The translations under genes and the position numbers were made by a program. Source: Wolbachia endosymbiont of Onchocerca ochengi (GTDB lineage: Bacteria; Pseudomonadota; Alphaproteobacteria; Rickettsiales; Anaplasmataceae). Taken from it: a stretch of 32,000 nucleotides of DNA. Below the pieces are notes generated by a model. It saw only the letters and a program-made list of their open reading frames with translations, did no database searches and had not been told where the DNA came from. Positions 18,642 to 28,177 of the stretch are shown in pieces. The stretch's first letter is position 1. Every line of letters starts with the position of its first letter. The stretch is from positions 540,001 through 572,000 of the forward strand of contig NC_018267.1 in NCBI RefSeq assembly GCF_000306885.1, written 5' to 3'.

Positions 18642-19949
18642 TTATTTACCAGCTGCAACTGCTTGCATAGATGTATGTAATTGAACGTCAGTTTTAACAG
18701 CCATATTTGTAGAAGGTTGTTGTTTTGCTAGTCTATCCAGATAGCTTGTTTTTTTAAGGTCAGCTTGTTTTTTTACCTTGCAATCTGATTCGGTAATCAC
18801 GATTGATTTTGAAGAAGAACCAAGTAGATTGATTCTTCTATCAGCAGAACTACTGCTTAAGCTACTAGATGAAGGGCATCTTTTAAGAAGATTAGAATTG
18901 ACTGTTACAAAGCTTTTAGAATCTAAACTAGAGCCAATAGTAGTACTGGCAGTTTTCATAGAACCAACATCTGATAAACTATTTTCTAATGAGCTGTCAA
19001 TAGATTGTATTGAACCTTTTCTACTTCTATGCTTTTTTGCCGTTCCATTAAGCTTTTCCATAACATTAGAAAGTTTGTGTTCTATTTTGCATCCTTTAAC
19101 GACTCTCTTAATCTCATCATGATGTTCAGAGAAAATTTCATAAAGATTGTTGTCATCTTGAGCTAACAAATTTTGTAATTTCTTAGCGTTTAACCCACTA
19201 ACAAAATCTGCTTGCTGTCCTAATTGATTAATTAACTGATCCTTTTTGAAACCTTGCTGACCATCAACAGAATAAGCTTTTTCTAATATTTTTCCCTTCA
19301 GCTCGGAGAATATCTTTTTGGTTAAAACAGAGTTGCCTACAGCTTTATCCTCAAAAACCTCCTTAATGAACATTTCCTTTATACTGTTGAAATTTTTCGT
19401 TTTTTCTTCTGTTTTTAAAACAACAGTTTGACATTGGTGATCTACTGAATATGAAATTTCATCTAGATTAGATATATTTTTACCAAAATTATTCATCTTA
19501 TTCCCTATTATTTTCAGTGCAGAACTAGTTTCCTCTCTTGCTGCTTGCCCTATATAACTTACAGCTTCTTTTACTGAGTCCTTAGCGCACACAGCACCAT
19601 CTTTAGTTTTGTCTGCAGCATATTTGAAGCTATTTTTTATTTTTACCCTGTGTTTATGTACAGCTGTACCAAGTATCACAAATGCTACAGTTGCAAATAT
19701 CCCACTTACTATACTACTGGCAATTACTGGAGCAGCTGCGATAGCAAAACTAGCACCCACCGTTATAGCCGTACCTATTAGCAAACCAAGTATCACTTTG
19801 TTTGTTACTTCTAATGACTTTACTCTCTTCTCTAAGAATTGCATCTGTTGCAATAGGTCACTTGAAGAAGGTGTAGAGCTGCTGTATTGTTGATTTTGCT
19901 GAAGTTGTGCGTTAATAATACCTGGATTTGTTCTGCTGTGATTTAACAT
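18642..19949 (-). CDS. WalE1-like candidate secreted effector (synuclein-like segment, two hydrophobic segments)
   Basis: MLNHSRTNPGIINAQLQQNQ..., hydrophobic VILGLLIGTAITVGASFAIAAAPVIASSIVSGIFATVAFVILG, then AADKTKDGAVCAKDSVKEAVSYIGQAA, resembling synuclein KTKEGV repeats. Low-complexity Ser/Lys-rich tail. The track start is 19961, but GAGG lies 6 nt before the internal ATG at 19949. The match to Wolbachia WalE1 (WD0830) is from memory of the family, not a search. Confidence 0.7.
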   Translation of the reverse strand: MLNHSRTNPGIINAQLQQNQQYSSSTPSSSDLLQQMQFLEKRVKSLEVTNKVILGLLIGTAITVGASFAIAAAPVIASSIVSGIFATVAFVILGTAVHKHRVKIKNSFKYAADKTKDGAVCAKDSVKEAVSYIGQAAREETSSALKIIGNKMNNFGKNISNLDEISYSVDHQCQTVVLKTEEKTKNFNSIKEMFIKEVFEDKAVGNSVLTKKIFSELKGKILEKAYSVDGQQGFKKDQLINQLGQQADFVSGLNAKKLQNLLAQDDNNLYEIFSEHHDEIKRVVKGCKIEHKLSNVMEKLNGTAKKHRSRKGSIQSIDSSLENSLSDVGSMKTASTTIGSSLDSKSFVTVNSNLLKRCPSSSSLSSSSADRRINLLGSSSKSIVITESDCKVKKQADLKKTSYLDRLAKQQPSTNMAVKTDVQLHTSMQAVAAGK

Positions 19950-20104
19950 TTTAAACCTCATTATTAATGAAATATGTTTATATTGTACACTTCAATTCTT
20001 AAGTTAGTGTTAACTTACCTATAAATAGCTCTACTTAAAGTGTTTTCTGGAAGCATAAAAAAATGAAACTGAAAGCTTTTTGAGTTAAAGCGCTTATTAG
20101 GTAA

Positions 20105-20305
20105 CAAAAAGGAATATTTATACTTTTAGGTATCACAGTTGTAATAGCAATGATTTTATCATTTTGTTACTATACTGATCTTTACGGAAACATAGTGCAT
20201 CTCAAAAACGACAACAAGGAATTTAAAATAAAGCCAGAAAATTTTATAGAGTCAACCATATCACATAGAGAAAAGTATACAATCAGTTTCTATTCCGGTG
20301 ATTAA
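20105..20305 (+). other. short open frame without a canonical start near its N-terminus, upstream of hflK
   Basis: Frame reads QKGIFILLGITVVIAMILSFCYYTDLYGNIVHLKNDNKEFKIKPENFIESTISHREKYTISFYSGD*, a TM or signal-like segment plus a polar tail. The first ATG (20150) falls inside the hydrophobic segment. Confidence 0.35.
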
Positions 20306-20379
20306 CCCGTGAATAAAATAGATTTGCAATTTCCTATTAAAGGGGTAATATTAGTGTATTAATTATAGAGTTAGTTATT

Positions 20380-21414
20380 GTGTTTGATGAGAACAATCCT
20401 TGGAATTTAGGGAAGAAACCGATAAGGAGTAAAATCTCTAATAATGAAGATGCTTTCAGTAAGGCTGTGTCTGAGGTAAGGTATTTTTTTCTTAGTTTAA
20501 CAAGAAATGGCAGCAGAAAACCTTATTTAATTATTTTTGTTATTTTATTTTTCTACGCTTGTACTGGTTTCTATATTGTTCACCCAAGTGAAGAAGGTAT
20601 AGAACTTATTTTTGGTAAATATTCTAATACAGAAACACCTGGTTTGCGTTATCACTTTCCTTACCCCATTGGTAAGGTTTTTAAAGTAAATGTTAAAGAA
20701 GTAAATCGTGAAGAAATTGGGGTAAGTAGTTCCTATGGGAGAGATGCAGATCGTGGTGAAGGTGTGATGCTTACTGGGGATGAAAACATAGTTAACGTTA
20801 ATTTTGAGGTTCAATGGCGCGTTAAAGATGCTAAGGATTATTTGTTCAAAGTGCGGGACTATAAACCTGGTTTTAGTGTTAAAAATGCTGCTGAAAGTGC
20901 TATGAGAGAAATAATAGGTAAAAACACAATCTCTTTTGCACTTGGTCAAGGTAGACAAGAAATTCCTATAGATACTAAAACTTTACTGCAACAGATTCTT
21001 GATGGGTACCAAATGGGTATAGAGATTTTATCTATTCAAATGAAAAAAATTGATCCACCAGAAAAAGTAATTAGTTCGTTCAGAGATGTACAAAGTGCTC
21101 GTGCAGATAAAGAGCGTATTATAAATGAAGCATATGCTTATGGTAATGATATTATACCTCGAGCAAAAGGTGAAGCAATAAAGATAAAGCTAGATGCGGA
21201 AGCATATGAGAATGAGATAATAAGCGAAGCAAAAGGTAATGCAAATCGTTTTTTTTCTCTTTATAAAGAATATAAGCATAATCCTTCTCTTGTTAAGAGC
21301 CGTATTTATCTCGAAACTATGGAAAATATTTTTAATCAAGTAGATAAAATTGTTATCACTGATGATTTGAAGGGTGTGTTTTCTTATCTACCTCTTACAA
21401 GCTTAGGGAAATAG
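20380..21414 (+). CDS. hflK: FtsH protease activity modulator HflK
   Basis: 344-aa ORF, GTG start: MFDENNPWNLGKKP, N-terminal TM, SPFH/band-7 domain (EEGIELIFGKYSNTETPGLRYHFPYPIG, MLTGDENIVNVNFEVQWRVKDAKDYLF, PPEKVISSFRDVQSARADKERIINEAYAYGNDIIPRAKGEA). Confidence 0.97.
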   Translation: MFDENNPWNLGKKPIRSKISNNEDAFSKAVSEVRYFFLSLTRNGSRKPYLIIFVILFFYACTGFYIVHPSEEGIELIFGKYSNTETPGLRYHFPYPIGKVFKVNVKEVNREEIGVSSSYGRDADRGEGVMLTGDENIVNVNFEVQWRVKDAKDYLFKVRDYKPGFSVKNAAESAMREIIGKNTISFALGQGRQEIPIDTKTLLQQILDGYQMGIEILSIQMKKIDPPEKVISSFRDVQSARADKERIINEAYAYGNDIIPRAKGEAIKIKLDAEAYENEIISEAKGNANRFFSLYKEYKHNPSLVKSRIYLETMENIFNQVDKIVITDDLKGVFSYLPLTSLGK

Positions 21415-21416
21415 TT

Positions 21417-22289
21417 ATGCTTAGTAACGTTAAAATTGCTTTTGTTTTTATATTTGCTGTTTTGCTAGTTTTCTTATTTAATTCGATATTTGTAGTACAG
21501 GAAGCAGAGCAAGCAATAGTTATGCAATTGGGTAGAGTTGTAAGGGATATTAAAAAAAGTGGTTTGTATTTTAAGTTGCCATTTATAAATAATGTAGAAT
21601 TTTTTGATAAGAGAGTTTTAGATTTAAGCCCAGATACAACTGCAAGAGAAGTCATAACTGCAGATCAGAAGCGCATCATAGTAGATGCTTATGCAAAATA
21701 TAAAATAGTTGATCCTGTTACTTTTTACCAAACTGTGAAAAATGAGTTAGGATTGATTAGAAGATTGTATCCAATCATAGAAGCTCACTTAAGAGAAAAT
21801 ATAGTCAGATTTTCACTGATTAGTTTATTGAATGAAAAGAGGTCGGAAGTTATGCAATTAATCCAGCGTGGAGTTTACTCTGAAGCTGGAAAGTTTGGTA
21901 TAGAAATAATAGACGTGAGAATTAAAAGAGCAGATTTACCAGAAGAGAATAGTTCTGCAATATTCCGCCGTATGCAAACTGAGAGAGAAAAAGAAGCAAA
22001 AGAAATAAGAGCAAAAGGAGAACAAATAGGGCAAGAAATTAGGTCAAAAGCTGATAAACAAAAAAGGGAAATTATTGCTAGTGCAGTAAAAGAAGCCTAT
22101 GAAATAAGGGGGCGTGGCTATGCTGAAGCAACCAGGATTTATAATGAGGTGTTTAAGGCCGATGAAGAGTTTTTTAATTTTTACCGTTCTATGAATGCTT
22201 ATAGTAAATCGTTTACTGGAAATAACACTAAATTCGTACTTTCACCAAATAATAGTTTCTTAGATATTTTAAATAAGGGATGGAAATAG
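21417..22289 (+). CDS. hflC: protease modulator HflC
   Basis: 290-aa ORF: VVQEAEQAIVMQLGRVVRDIKKSGLYFKLPFINNVEFFDKRVLDL, EIIDVRIKRADLPEENSSAIFRRMQTEREKEAKEIRAKG. Starts 2 nt after the hflK stop. Confidence 0.97.
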   Translation: MLSNVKIAFVFIFAVLLVFLFNSIFVVQEAEQAIVMQLGRVVRDIKKSGLYFKLPFINNVEFFDKRVLDLSPDTTAREVITADQKRIIVDAYAKYKIVDPVTFYQTVKNELGLIRRLYPIIEAHLRENIVRFSLISLLNEKRSEVMQLIQRGVYSEAGKFGIEIIDVRIKRADLPEENSSAIFRRMQTEREKEAKEIRAKGEQIGQEIRSKADKQKREIIASAVKEAYEIRGRGYAEATRIYNEVFKADEEFFNFYRSMNAYSKSFTGNNTKFVLSPNNSFLDILNKGWK

Positions 22290-22292
22290 TTT

Positions 22293-23771
22293 ATGAGAAG
22301 TAAGGTTTTATCTATATTTTTATGTTTTTTAATTTCATTCTCTTTATATGCTAGGGTATTTAACTGGAGCACAGAAAAAGCTGCAGATATCAATACTTCT
22401 ATATATAATTGTAATCAAGGGCTTGCTGATCTGGTAGAAGAACTTCTCCCTGCATTCGTAAGTATTTCGAGCGAGCAGGTTATCAAGCAAGGAAATAGCA
22501 ACAGAACTAGAGTTCCCTTGCCAAGAAATGATTTTTTTGACGGTTTTAGAGAATTCTTTGAGTACTTTGATCAGTTTTTTATGGACAAAAGTCCTAGCAT
22601 TAACAGAGAGGCAGTGCTACTTGGGTCTGGGTTTATTATAGATAAAAGTGGAATTATAGTAACTAATTACCATGTTATTAAAGATGCCCAACATATCACG
22701 GTCACTATGAACGATGATACTTATTTTAAAGCAGAGGTTTTAGGCTATGATGCAAAAACTGATCTTGCTGTACTTAAGATTAAGGCTGATAAGGACTTCT
22801 CTTTTGTAACACTCGGTAATTCTGATGAAGCAAGAGTTGGTGATATGGTTATGGCAATAGGTAACCCATTTGGCTTAGGTGGTTCTGTAAGTACAGGAAT
22901 TATATCTGCAAGGTCTAGGGACATTAGCATTGGTACCATGAATGAATTTATTCAAACTGATGCTGCAATCAATAGGGGAAACTCCGGAGGACCGTTATTT
23001 GATTTAAATGGAAAGGTTATAGGTATTAATACTGCTATTTATTCTCCGTCTGAGTCTGGAGGCAATGTAGGTATAGGCTTTGCTATACCATCTAACTTAG
23101 CTATACCGGTAATTGATAAGTTAAAAAACGGTAAAAAGGTGAAACATGGTTGGCTAGGTGTACAAGTTCAGCGTATAACAGTAGAATTTGCAGAGTCCTT
23201 AGGTTTAAAAGATACAAAAGGCGCATTAGTTGCAAGTATAGTAAAAGATAGTCCTGCAGAAAAAGGTGGGATTAAAGTAGGTGATGTGTTATTAGAGTTT
23301 GATGGTAAAATAGTTGATAGAATGGCACAATTACCTCAAATAGTTTCAAGAACTGAACCTGGAAAGAAAGTACAAATTAAATTATTAAGAAAAGGTAAAG
23401 AAGTTAATATCAAGGTTATTGTTGGAGAATCTACGAATGATAACCAAGATATCAATCAAAAAGAAAATGCATCGACATCTGATTATATAACTGGCTTAAC
23501 TATTTCAAATTTATCAAGGGAATTAAAGGAAGGTAATGCATCTATAAAAGGTGTAGTAATTACTAGTGTGGATATTTATAAGAATCCTACATTACGTGAC
23601 CTTAAAAGAGGAGATATTATTACACAAATAAATGATGCTGATATAGAAAACGTTGAAAGTTTTCAAAATCAAGTAAATTTAGCAAAAAAACAAGATAGTA
23701 AAAAAGCAATAATGCTGCTTGTTTATCGTAATGGTAATCAATTTTTTACTTTAATAAAGTTAAAAAAGTAA
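22293..23771 (+). CDS. degP: DegP/HtrA-family periplasmic serine protease
   Basis: 492-aa ORF with signal peptide, trypsin-like triad region (TNYHVIKDAQHI; DAKTDLAVLKI; DAAINRGNSGGPLFDLNGKVIGINTAIYS) and two PDZ domains (GWLGVQVQ..., TGLTISNLSREL...). Confidence 0.96.
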   Translation: MRSKVLSIFLCFLISFSLYARVFNWSTEKAADINTSIYNCNQGLADLVEELLPAFVSISSEQVIKQGNSNRTRVPLPRNDFFDGFREFFEYFDQFFMDKSPSINREAVLLGSGFIIDKSGIIVTNYHVIKDAQHITVTMNDDTYFKAEVLGYDAKTDLAVLKIKADKDFSFVTLGNSDEARVGDMVMAIGNPFGLGGSVSTGIISARSRDISIGTMNEFIQTDAAINRGNSGGPLFDLNGKVIGINTAIYSPSESGGNVGIGFAIPSNLAIPVIDKLKNGKKVKHGWLGVQVQRITVEFAESLGLKDTKGALVASIVKDSPAEKGGIKVGDVLLEFDGKIVDRMAQLPQIVSRTEPGKKVQIKLLRKGKEVNIKVIVGESTNDNQDINQKENASTSDYITGLTISNLSRELKEGNASIKGVVITSVDIYKNPTLRDLKRGDIITQINDADIENVESFQNQVNLAKKQDSKKAIMLLVYRNGNQFFTLIKLKK

Positions 23772-24469
23772 ATTTTTTACTAAGTTTACAAAACAGTGGT
23801 GTCATCATTTTGCCGCTATAACACTTTAGCTTTATAAGTAAGTTAAGGTCTATATTATTTTGCTAAAATGTAATGAGTCATAAATAAATCAACTTCCTAA
23901 AATTTGTTGAGCTATACTTTTGAGACAAATAAGTGCCGGAATGTGAATATGATGATTATTAGTATATAAAAGTTGTAGCAGATATACTGAAACGGCAAGT
24001 GCCATGAAGTTAGGCAAGATATATTTAATGCTTATACGTTTAATAAATATGACCCACTAGCATAAATGGCTATTTTCTAGAGAGAATGCAAGGTTGCAAC
24101 ATAATTGAGGGAAATGTTGGCTAACGGGCAAAGAACAATGATTCCTCCGCTTAAGCTTTGAGTGAGATGTTTAGAAAATGTCCTATAAACTGGTTCGATC
24201 AAACGTTAGTAATTGAATTCAACAAGAAAAAAAGAGGTGATTGTTTTTACGATGCATAGTTTTCCTTTGGTAGGAAGCAGTTGCATAATAAAAATTGGAT
24301 TTTAGTATTGATCGCTGGAACGACATTATTTGCCTACTTGAAAAGGGATTAGTTGCTGTAGATGAAGGAAAAAGAAAAAGTTAAGATGGTAAATGCTAAA
24401 CTTGGAGGTACGCTTTTGTTAATTAATATTAACAAACCTTTTGTTGCTTTTGAGTGAGTATAATATTAA

Positions 24470-24700
24470 AAAGAGTGGCTGAGTCGTTATGAAAATTTTT
24501 CTAGTGATTTCTTACATGAACTCAAAGCTGGACATTATGGATTCAATAAAAGCTATGCTAGTTGCTTTAGCGTCTACTCTGCCTGGATAAAGCAAGTTGA
24601 CCGAGTTTTTATTTGCTCAATTGCATTTATGTGGATCTTGAAGAGTATCCAAGTTTATAAAGAGCAAGTTTTACTCTTGGTAGCAAGATGGACACAATAG
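24470..24700 (+). pseudogene. probable gene remnant: 76-codon open frame lacking an N-terminal start
   Basis: KEWLSRYENFSSDFLHELKAGHYGFNKSYASCFSVYSAWIKQVDRVFICSIAFMWILKSIQVYKEQVLLLVARWTQ*, with the first ATG late in the frame. It sits in an ORF-poor tract. Confidence 0.35.
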
Positions 24701-25120
24701 CAATTTTAATTAGGGTAAAAACAAGTGGTTAACAATTAGCATAAGATCTAGCATAGTAAGCTGCTTAATTTTATTAAATTTTCTGCTTGTAAAGCATGGT
24801 TTTGCTATAGCAAGTAATGTTTACTGGATGACTTTTACATATAGCCAGTGCCTAAAGTTTTCAGCTCTGCTTCTGGTAGATAATAATAAGTTGGCTAAAC
24901 AAAAATGAACGGTATAACTTAACTAATATGTACGCGTGTTTTTAACCTTCGAGAAATCCAACTTTTCTAGGTAGGTTAAGGCTTTGATTTCAATGGCTAT
25001 GCAACTCTAGCATGTAGCGCACTAAATGTGGAGTAGATATAGAAAATTTTTGAGATTTAGATTCTTGGTTATATTTTCTGCATAACATCAATCCATATAC
25101 ATAGCACTAAAAAACAGGAA

Positions 25121-25375
25121 TTATGACCGTGGCCTGCTTACTTTATATGAAAATTTCTGAGCATTGACTAAACTATAGTAGTGAATCTCAATTACAGGAG
25201 ATTCACTACTAAATTCTTGTATAATTTTTTGAATAAGTTGTAATGAATACTGTAATGCGTCAGGGATAACTATAAGAGTACCTATCAGAACGTTTTCAAT
25301 TCCAGTCTTCGGGATTATTTTTCTTAGATAGATATGATATCTTTGTTGTTGAAAAGAGAATCTGAAAAACAGCAA
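25121..25375 (-). pseudogene. probable remnant of a coding sequence
   Basis: 84-aa ORF (KIIPKTGIENVLIGTLIVIPDALQYSLQLIQKIIQEFSSESPVIEIHYYSLVNAQKFSYK...) that looks coding but is isolated, with no recognised full-length partner. Confidence 0.3.
25176..25211. repeat. perfect 13-bp inverted repeat (hairpin)
   Basis: TAGTAGTGAATCT - CAATTACAGG - AGATTCACTACTA. The arms are exact reverse complements with a 10-nt loop. Confidence 0.85.
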
Positions 25376-25710
25376 TTAGCACCGAGGTAAGGATAAGTAG
25401 TGATAATATGTGCTTATACGCCTATTATAGTAGCGAGCTTACTCACTTTTTTTAAGTTGATTTAATATTATAAAGTCAGTAAAAAGAATTTTACTGTAGC
25501 GGGTGATAGCTGGATAATTTTCAGATATGAAATTTTGATGTTCTTGGAGACTTGCCGAACGATGATTCAGTCGATAGTATCGTTACACAATACTATACCT
25601 ATAGCGGATAAGCAAAGTTAGTAATACCCTCCAACGTCAAAGAATTTTGACCACGATTCTAGCTGGATGGAGTCAATTATAAATTAGCTAATCAAAAAAA
25701 GTAGTGCGGC

Positions 25711-27918
25711 TTAACCAATATTCCAGGTACTTTGCTCTTTTTGCTTCTGCACATGTTTTTTAGCCTTCGGTAAATCTATCTTTCCTGGCGGCAGATCAAG
25801 TTTTGACTTTGGTGATTTTGTGATTTCTTTATATAGTACACTAAGAGGAGTGCGTACAGAAAGCAACTCCTGAGGTTTAAATTCTTGACTATGCTTTCTG
25901 TATAACATTAATGATATACGTGGAACTCCAGTAATTGCAATCTTAGGAATTTTTTGCTTAAGGGGAGATAACATCTTTGTTATGAAGGATTTATCATCAG
26001 TATTTAGTGTATTGAATTTCTGTAACTCTAATGGAGTGCTGCTATTTGATTCTCTTTCTTTGCTACAGAGCGAACTAACTCTATGTTTCTTTAAAAATTC
26101 ACTTCCAGGTTCACTGTTTGCTCTGTTCTTTACATACCCTGCTTTAGAACGCTCATCGCTATTTTTATCAGAAGCTGAAGAGGAAGGGAACAGTGGTACT
26201 TTTTGATTACTGTGGGGCATAGGCCTGCATGCTGGAATATCATTACTTAGAGAATACTCAGAATATCTCTCCCTTAAAGATTTACCACTTATCCCAGATG
26301 AATTTATATTATAACACGGCTTCCCTTTTTCTGCTTCTTGTCCTGATCTTTGGTTGAGCAGCTGTTGTACCCTTGCTTGTTTGAACAATGGCTTTAGTGA
26401 TTCACCCTTATCGTCAGAACTTAAATGTTTATTAGACACTTTCTTTGGTAACGCTAGATTTGAGCTGCTCTCATTAGTATAATATTTCTTGTCTATATTG
26501 TTATGAGATTCATTACTAAACCATACACTACTATTATCTGAATTATTTTTACTCTTGAGATTCAATGTAGCCGGTGCATAGTGAGAACTACTGTCCAATA
26601 GCCTACTTGAACTTTCTATAATACTCGCAGGTTGTAGTGAATCTGATTTAGAAAAATAATCGCTGCTCTGGCTCAATGTTGAACTAAGTTGTATATCAGC
26701 TACCTCAGGAGTACCTAAACAGCTAACACTCTCACCATGATATTGAGATGTAGTAATCACCTCTAAATCAGACTTAGGAGATCCAAAATCAGCTGTAAAT
26801 TCAAAATATCCAGTTCTTTCATTATATGCAATTGGAGATTGCATAATTTCAGGAAGCACCTGAGCAATTTTTTTATTAGAGATAGCGTGAACTGGGCTTT
26901 TACAATTAGTAACACTTAGTCTTGTAGTCTTGCCTCTAATATCGCTCATGAGGGTTTTGCACACTGCTGCATTAATTTCATACACATCGTCACCATTTAG
27001 GGGTTCAAGCTGACCATCATGCCTTTTTATTAAAGGTATAAGGGCAAAATAATTACCACCTTCTCTTTCCTTTTCATCCGTAAAAATATCATAATCATAA
27101 CCATCAATAAATTTCCCTGCCCATTTAGAAATTAAACCACCAAGAATACCTTTGAGATTCTCAATTTTAGAATATTTTTCGCCTGGAGTTTTAAAGCTAA
27201 GTGCTATTCGCCCTTTAACATATTTTACTACATTTTCAACTACTTTATCGCTCACATTTTTAATGTATAACATGTCATCTTTATAGTGATAAAAGTCAAA
27301 ACTTTCAAGACTGCATTCTCTTAACCTTAAGTTAAGTTCTTGAATATACATCTTTTTAAACAATTCAAGAGTTTCTGAATCATATCCTTCCCTTTCAAAG
27401 TATTCGCCGTCAAAAGCTATACAATATAGATAATGCTTTTTCAAAGGGTTAGGTCCATAAAATGCTCCTATTTTAACAGTACCTCTTACCCATTCATGGC
27501 CTTCTTCTTCTGTTATCCCTGTTTTTACCACTAAGCGTGCAATCAATTTCAATGTCACAGCTCTATCAAGTTCATTAACTAAATGTATCTTTAAATTGCG
27601 TATTACTTCTTTATTTGTGGAATCTGCAAGTTCCACTGCTATAACGTTTTCATCTAAATATTTTTTATTAGTATTGGCACTTAAAACAAATGGAAAACAG
27701 TTTAAGTTATAATATCTACCTGCCACTACCTCTCTGTCAAGATATTGCTGTTTTATTATCTCCTTTCCTATTCTATGTAGGTATTCTGCTACATTAGTGC
27801 CATGAGCAAATGAACCAACAATTTTTTTGCCTTCTACAGTTAAATTAGTATTAATCCTATCACAAAAATAATTGTTTAAGTTAAACACATTAACCAGCTC
27901 TTTTATAGAATTACCCAT
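25711..27918 (-). CDS. large hypothetical protein, possible secreted effector: N-terminal folded-looking half, Ser/Lys-rich low-complexity C-terminal half
   Basis: 735-aa uninterrupted ORF with RBS-like AGAGG before ATG. The N-terminal half has mixed hydrophobic/charged composition (GSFAHGTNVAEYLHRIGKEIIKQQYLDREVVAGRYYNLNCFPF...). From about residue 380 it is Ser/Asn/Lys-rich. Confidence 0.85.
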   Translation of the reverse strand: MGNSIKELVNVFNLNNYFCDRINTNLTVEGKKIVGSFAHGTNVAEYLHRIGKEIIKQQYLDREVVAGRYYNLNCFPFVLSANTNKKYLDENVIAVELADSTNKEVIRNLKIHLVNELDRAVTLKLIARLVVKTGITEEEGHEWVRGTVKIGAFYGPNPLKKHYLYCIAFDGEYFEREGYDSETLELFKKMYIQELNLRLRECSLESFDFYHYKDDMLYIKNVSDKVVENVVKYVKGRIALSFKTPGEKYSKIENLKGILGGLISKWAGKFIDGYDYDIFTDEKEREGGNYFALIPLIKRHDGQLEPLNGDDVYEINAAVCKTLMSDIRGKTTRLSVTNCKSPVHAISNKKIAQVLPEIMQSPIAYNERTGYFEFTADFGSPKSDLEVITTSQYHGESVSCLGTPEVADIQLSSTLSQSSDYFSKSDSLQPASIIESSSRLLDSSSHYAPATLNLKSKNNSDNSSVWFSNESHNNIDKKYYTNESSSNLALPKKVSNKHLSSDDKGESLKPLFKQARVQQLLNQRSGQEAEKGKPCYNINSSGISGKSLRERYSEYSLSNDIPACRPMPHSNQKVPLFPSSSASDKNSDERSKAGYVKNRANSEPGSEFLKKHRVSSLCSKERESNSSTPLELQKFNTLNTDDKSFITKMLSPLKQKIPKIAITGVPRISLMLYRKHSQEFKPQELLSVRTPLSVLYKEITKSPKSKLDLPPGKIDLPKAKKHVQKQKEQSTWNIG

Positions 27919-27938
27919 AATTCCTCTTGTTAAAATTG

Positions 27939-28148
27939 TTATGAAATAACATTACTATTTTTACTTTTACTACCACTGGCACTAGTAGAAGTGCTACTAC
28001 CTAGTTGTGTGTTAGGTTTGTCACTTTCGCATTTTCGTTTTTCTAACCTATATTTGTTAATATCAACTTTTTCATACTTATCGCTTGGAATCCATGTACC
28101 ATCAGGTTGAGGTCCCCAATTATCTTTTTCACCATTATTGCCATGCAT
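27939..28148 (-). CDS. small hypothetical protein
   Basis: 69-aa ORF MHGNNGEKDNWGPQPDGTWIPSDKYEKVDINKYRLEKRKCESDKPNTQLGSSTSTSASGSKSKNSNVIS. AGGGGCAAC immediately precedes ATG. It lies 20 nt upstream of the 735-aa gene and has its own promoter-like sequence. Confidence 0.65.
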   Translation of the reverse strand: MHGNNGEKDNWGPQPDGTWIPSDKYEKVDINKYRLEKRKCESDKPNTQLGSSTSTSASGSKSKNSNVIS

Positions 28149-28177
28149 GTTGCCCCTAGTAAGAACATTAGGTAACT

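Noticed and set aside
10895-22939. ORFs 10895-11149(+), 11666-11899(+), 15369-15659(-), 18778-19122(+), 19609-19893(+), 20545-20958(-), 21395-21655(-), 22199-22393(-), 22745-22939(-)
   Set aside because: Antisense shadows of rmuC, groEL, the WalE1-like gene, hflK, hflC and degP. The sense frames are unambiguous.
12310-23875. Recurring TTATTTTGCTAAA(A)TGTAAT-like strings near 12317 and 23858, and a weaker one near 16990
   Set aside because: Short AT-rich similarity, limited to about 20 bp with mismatches. Not enough to call a repeat family without a genome-wide count.
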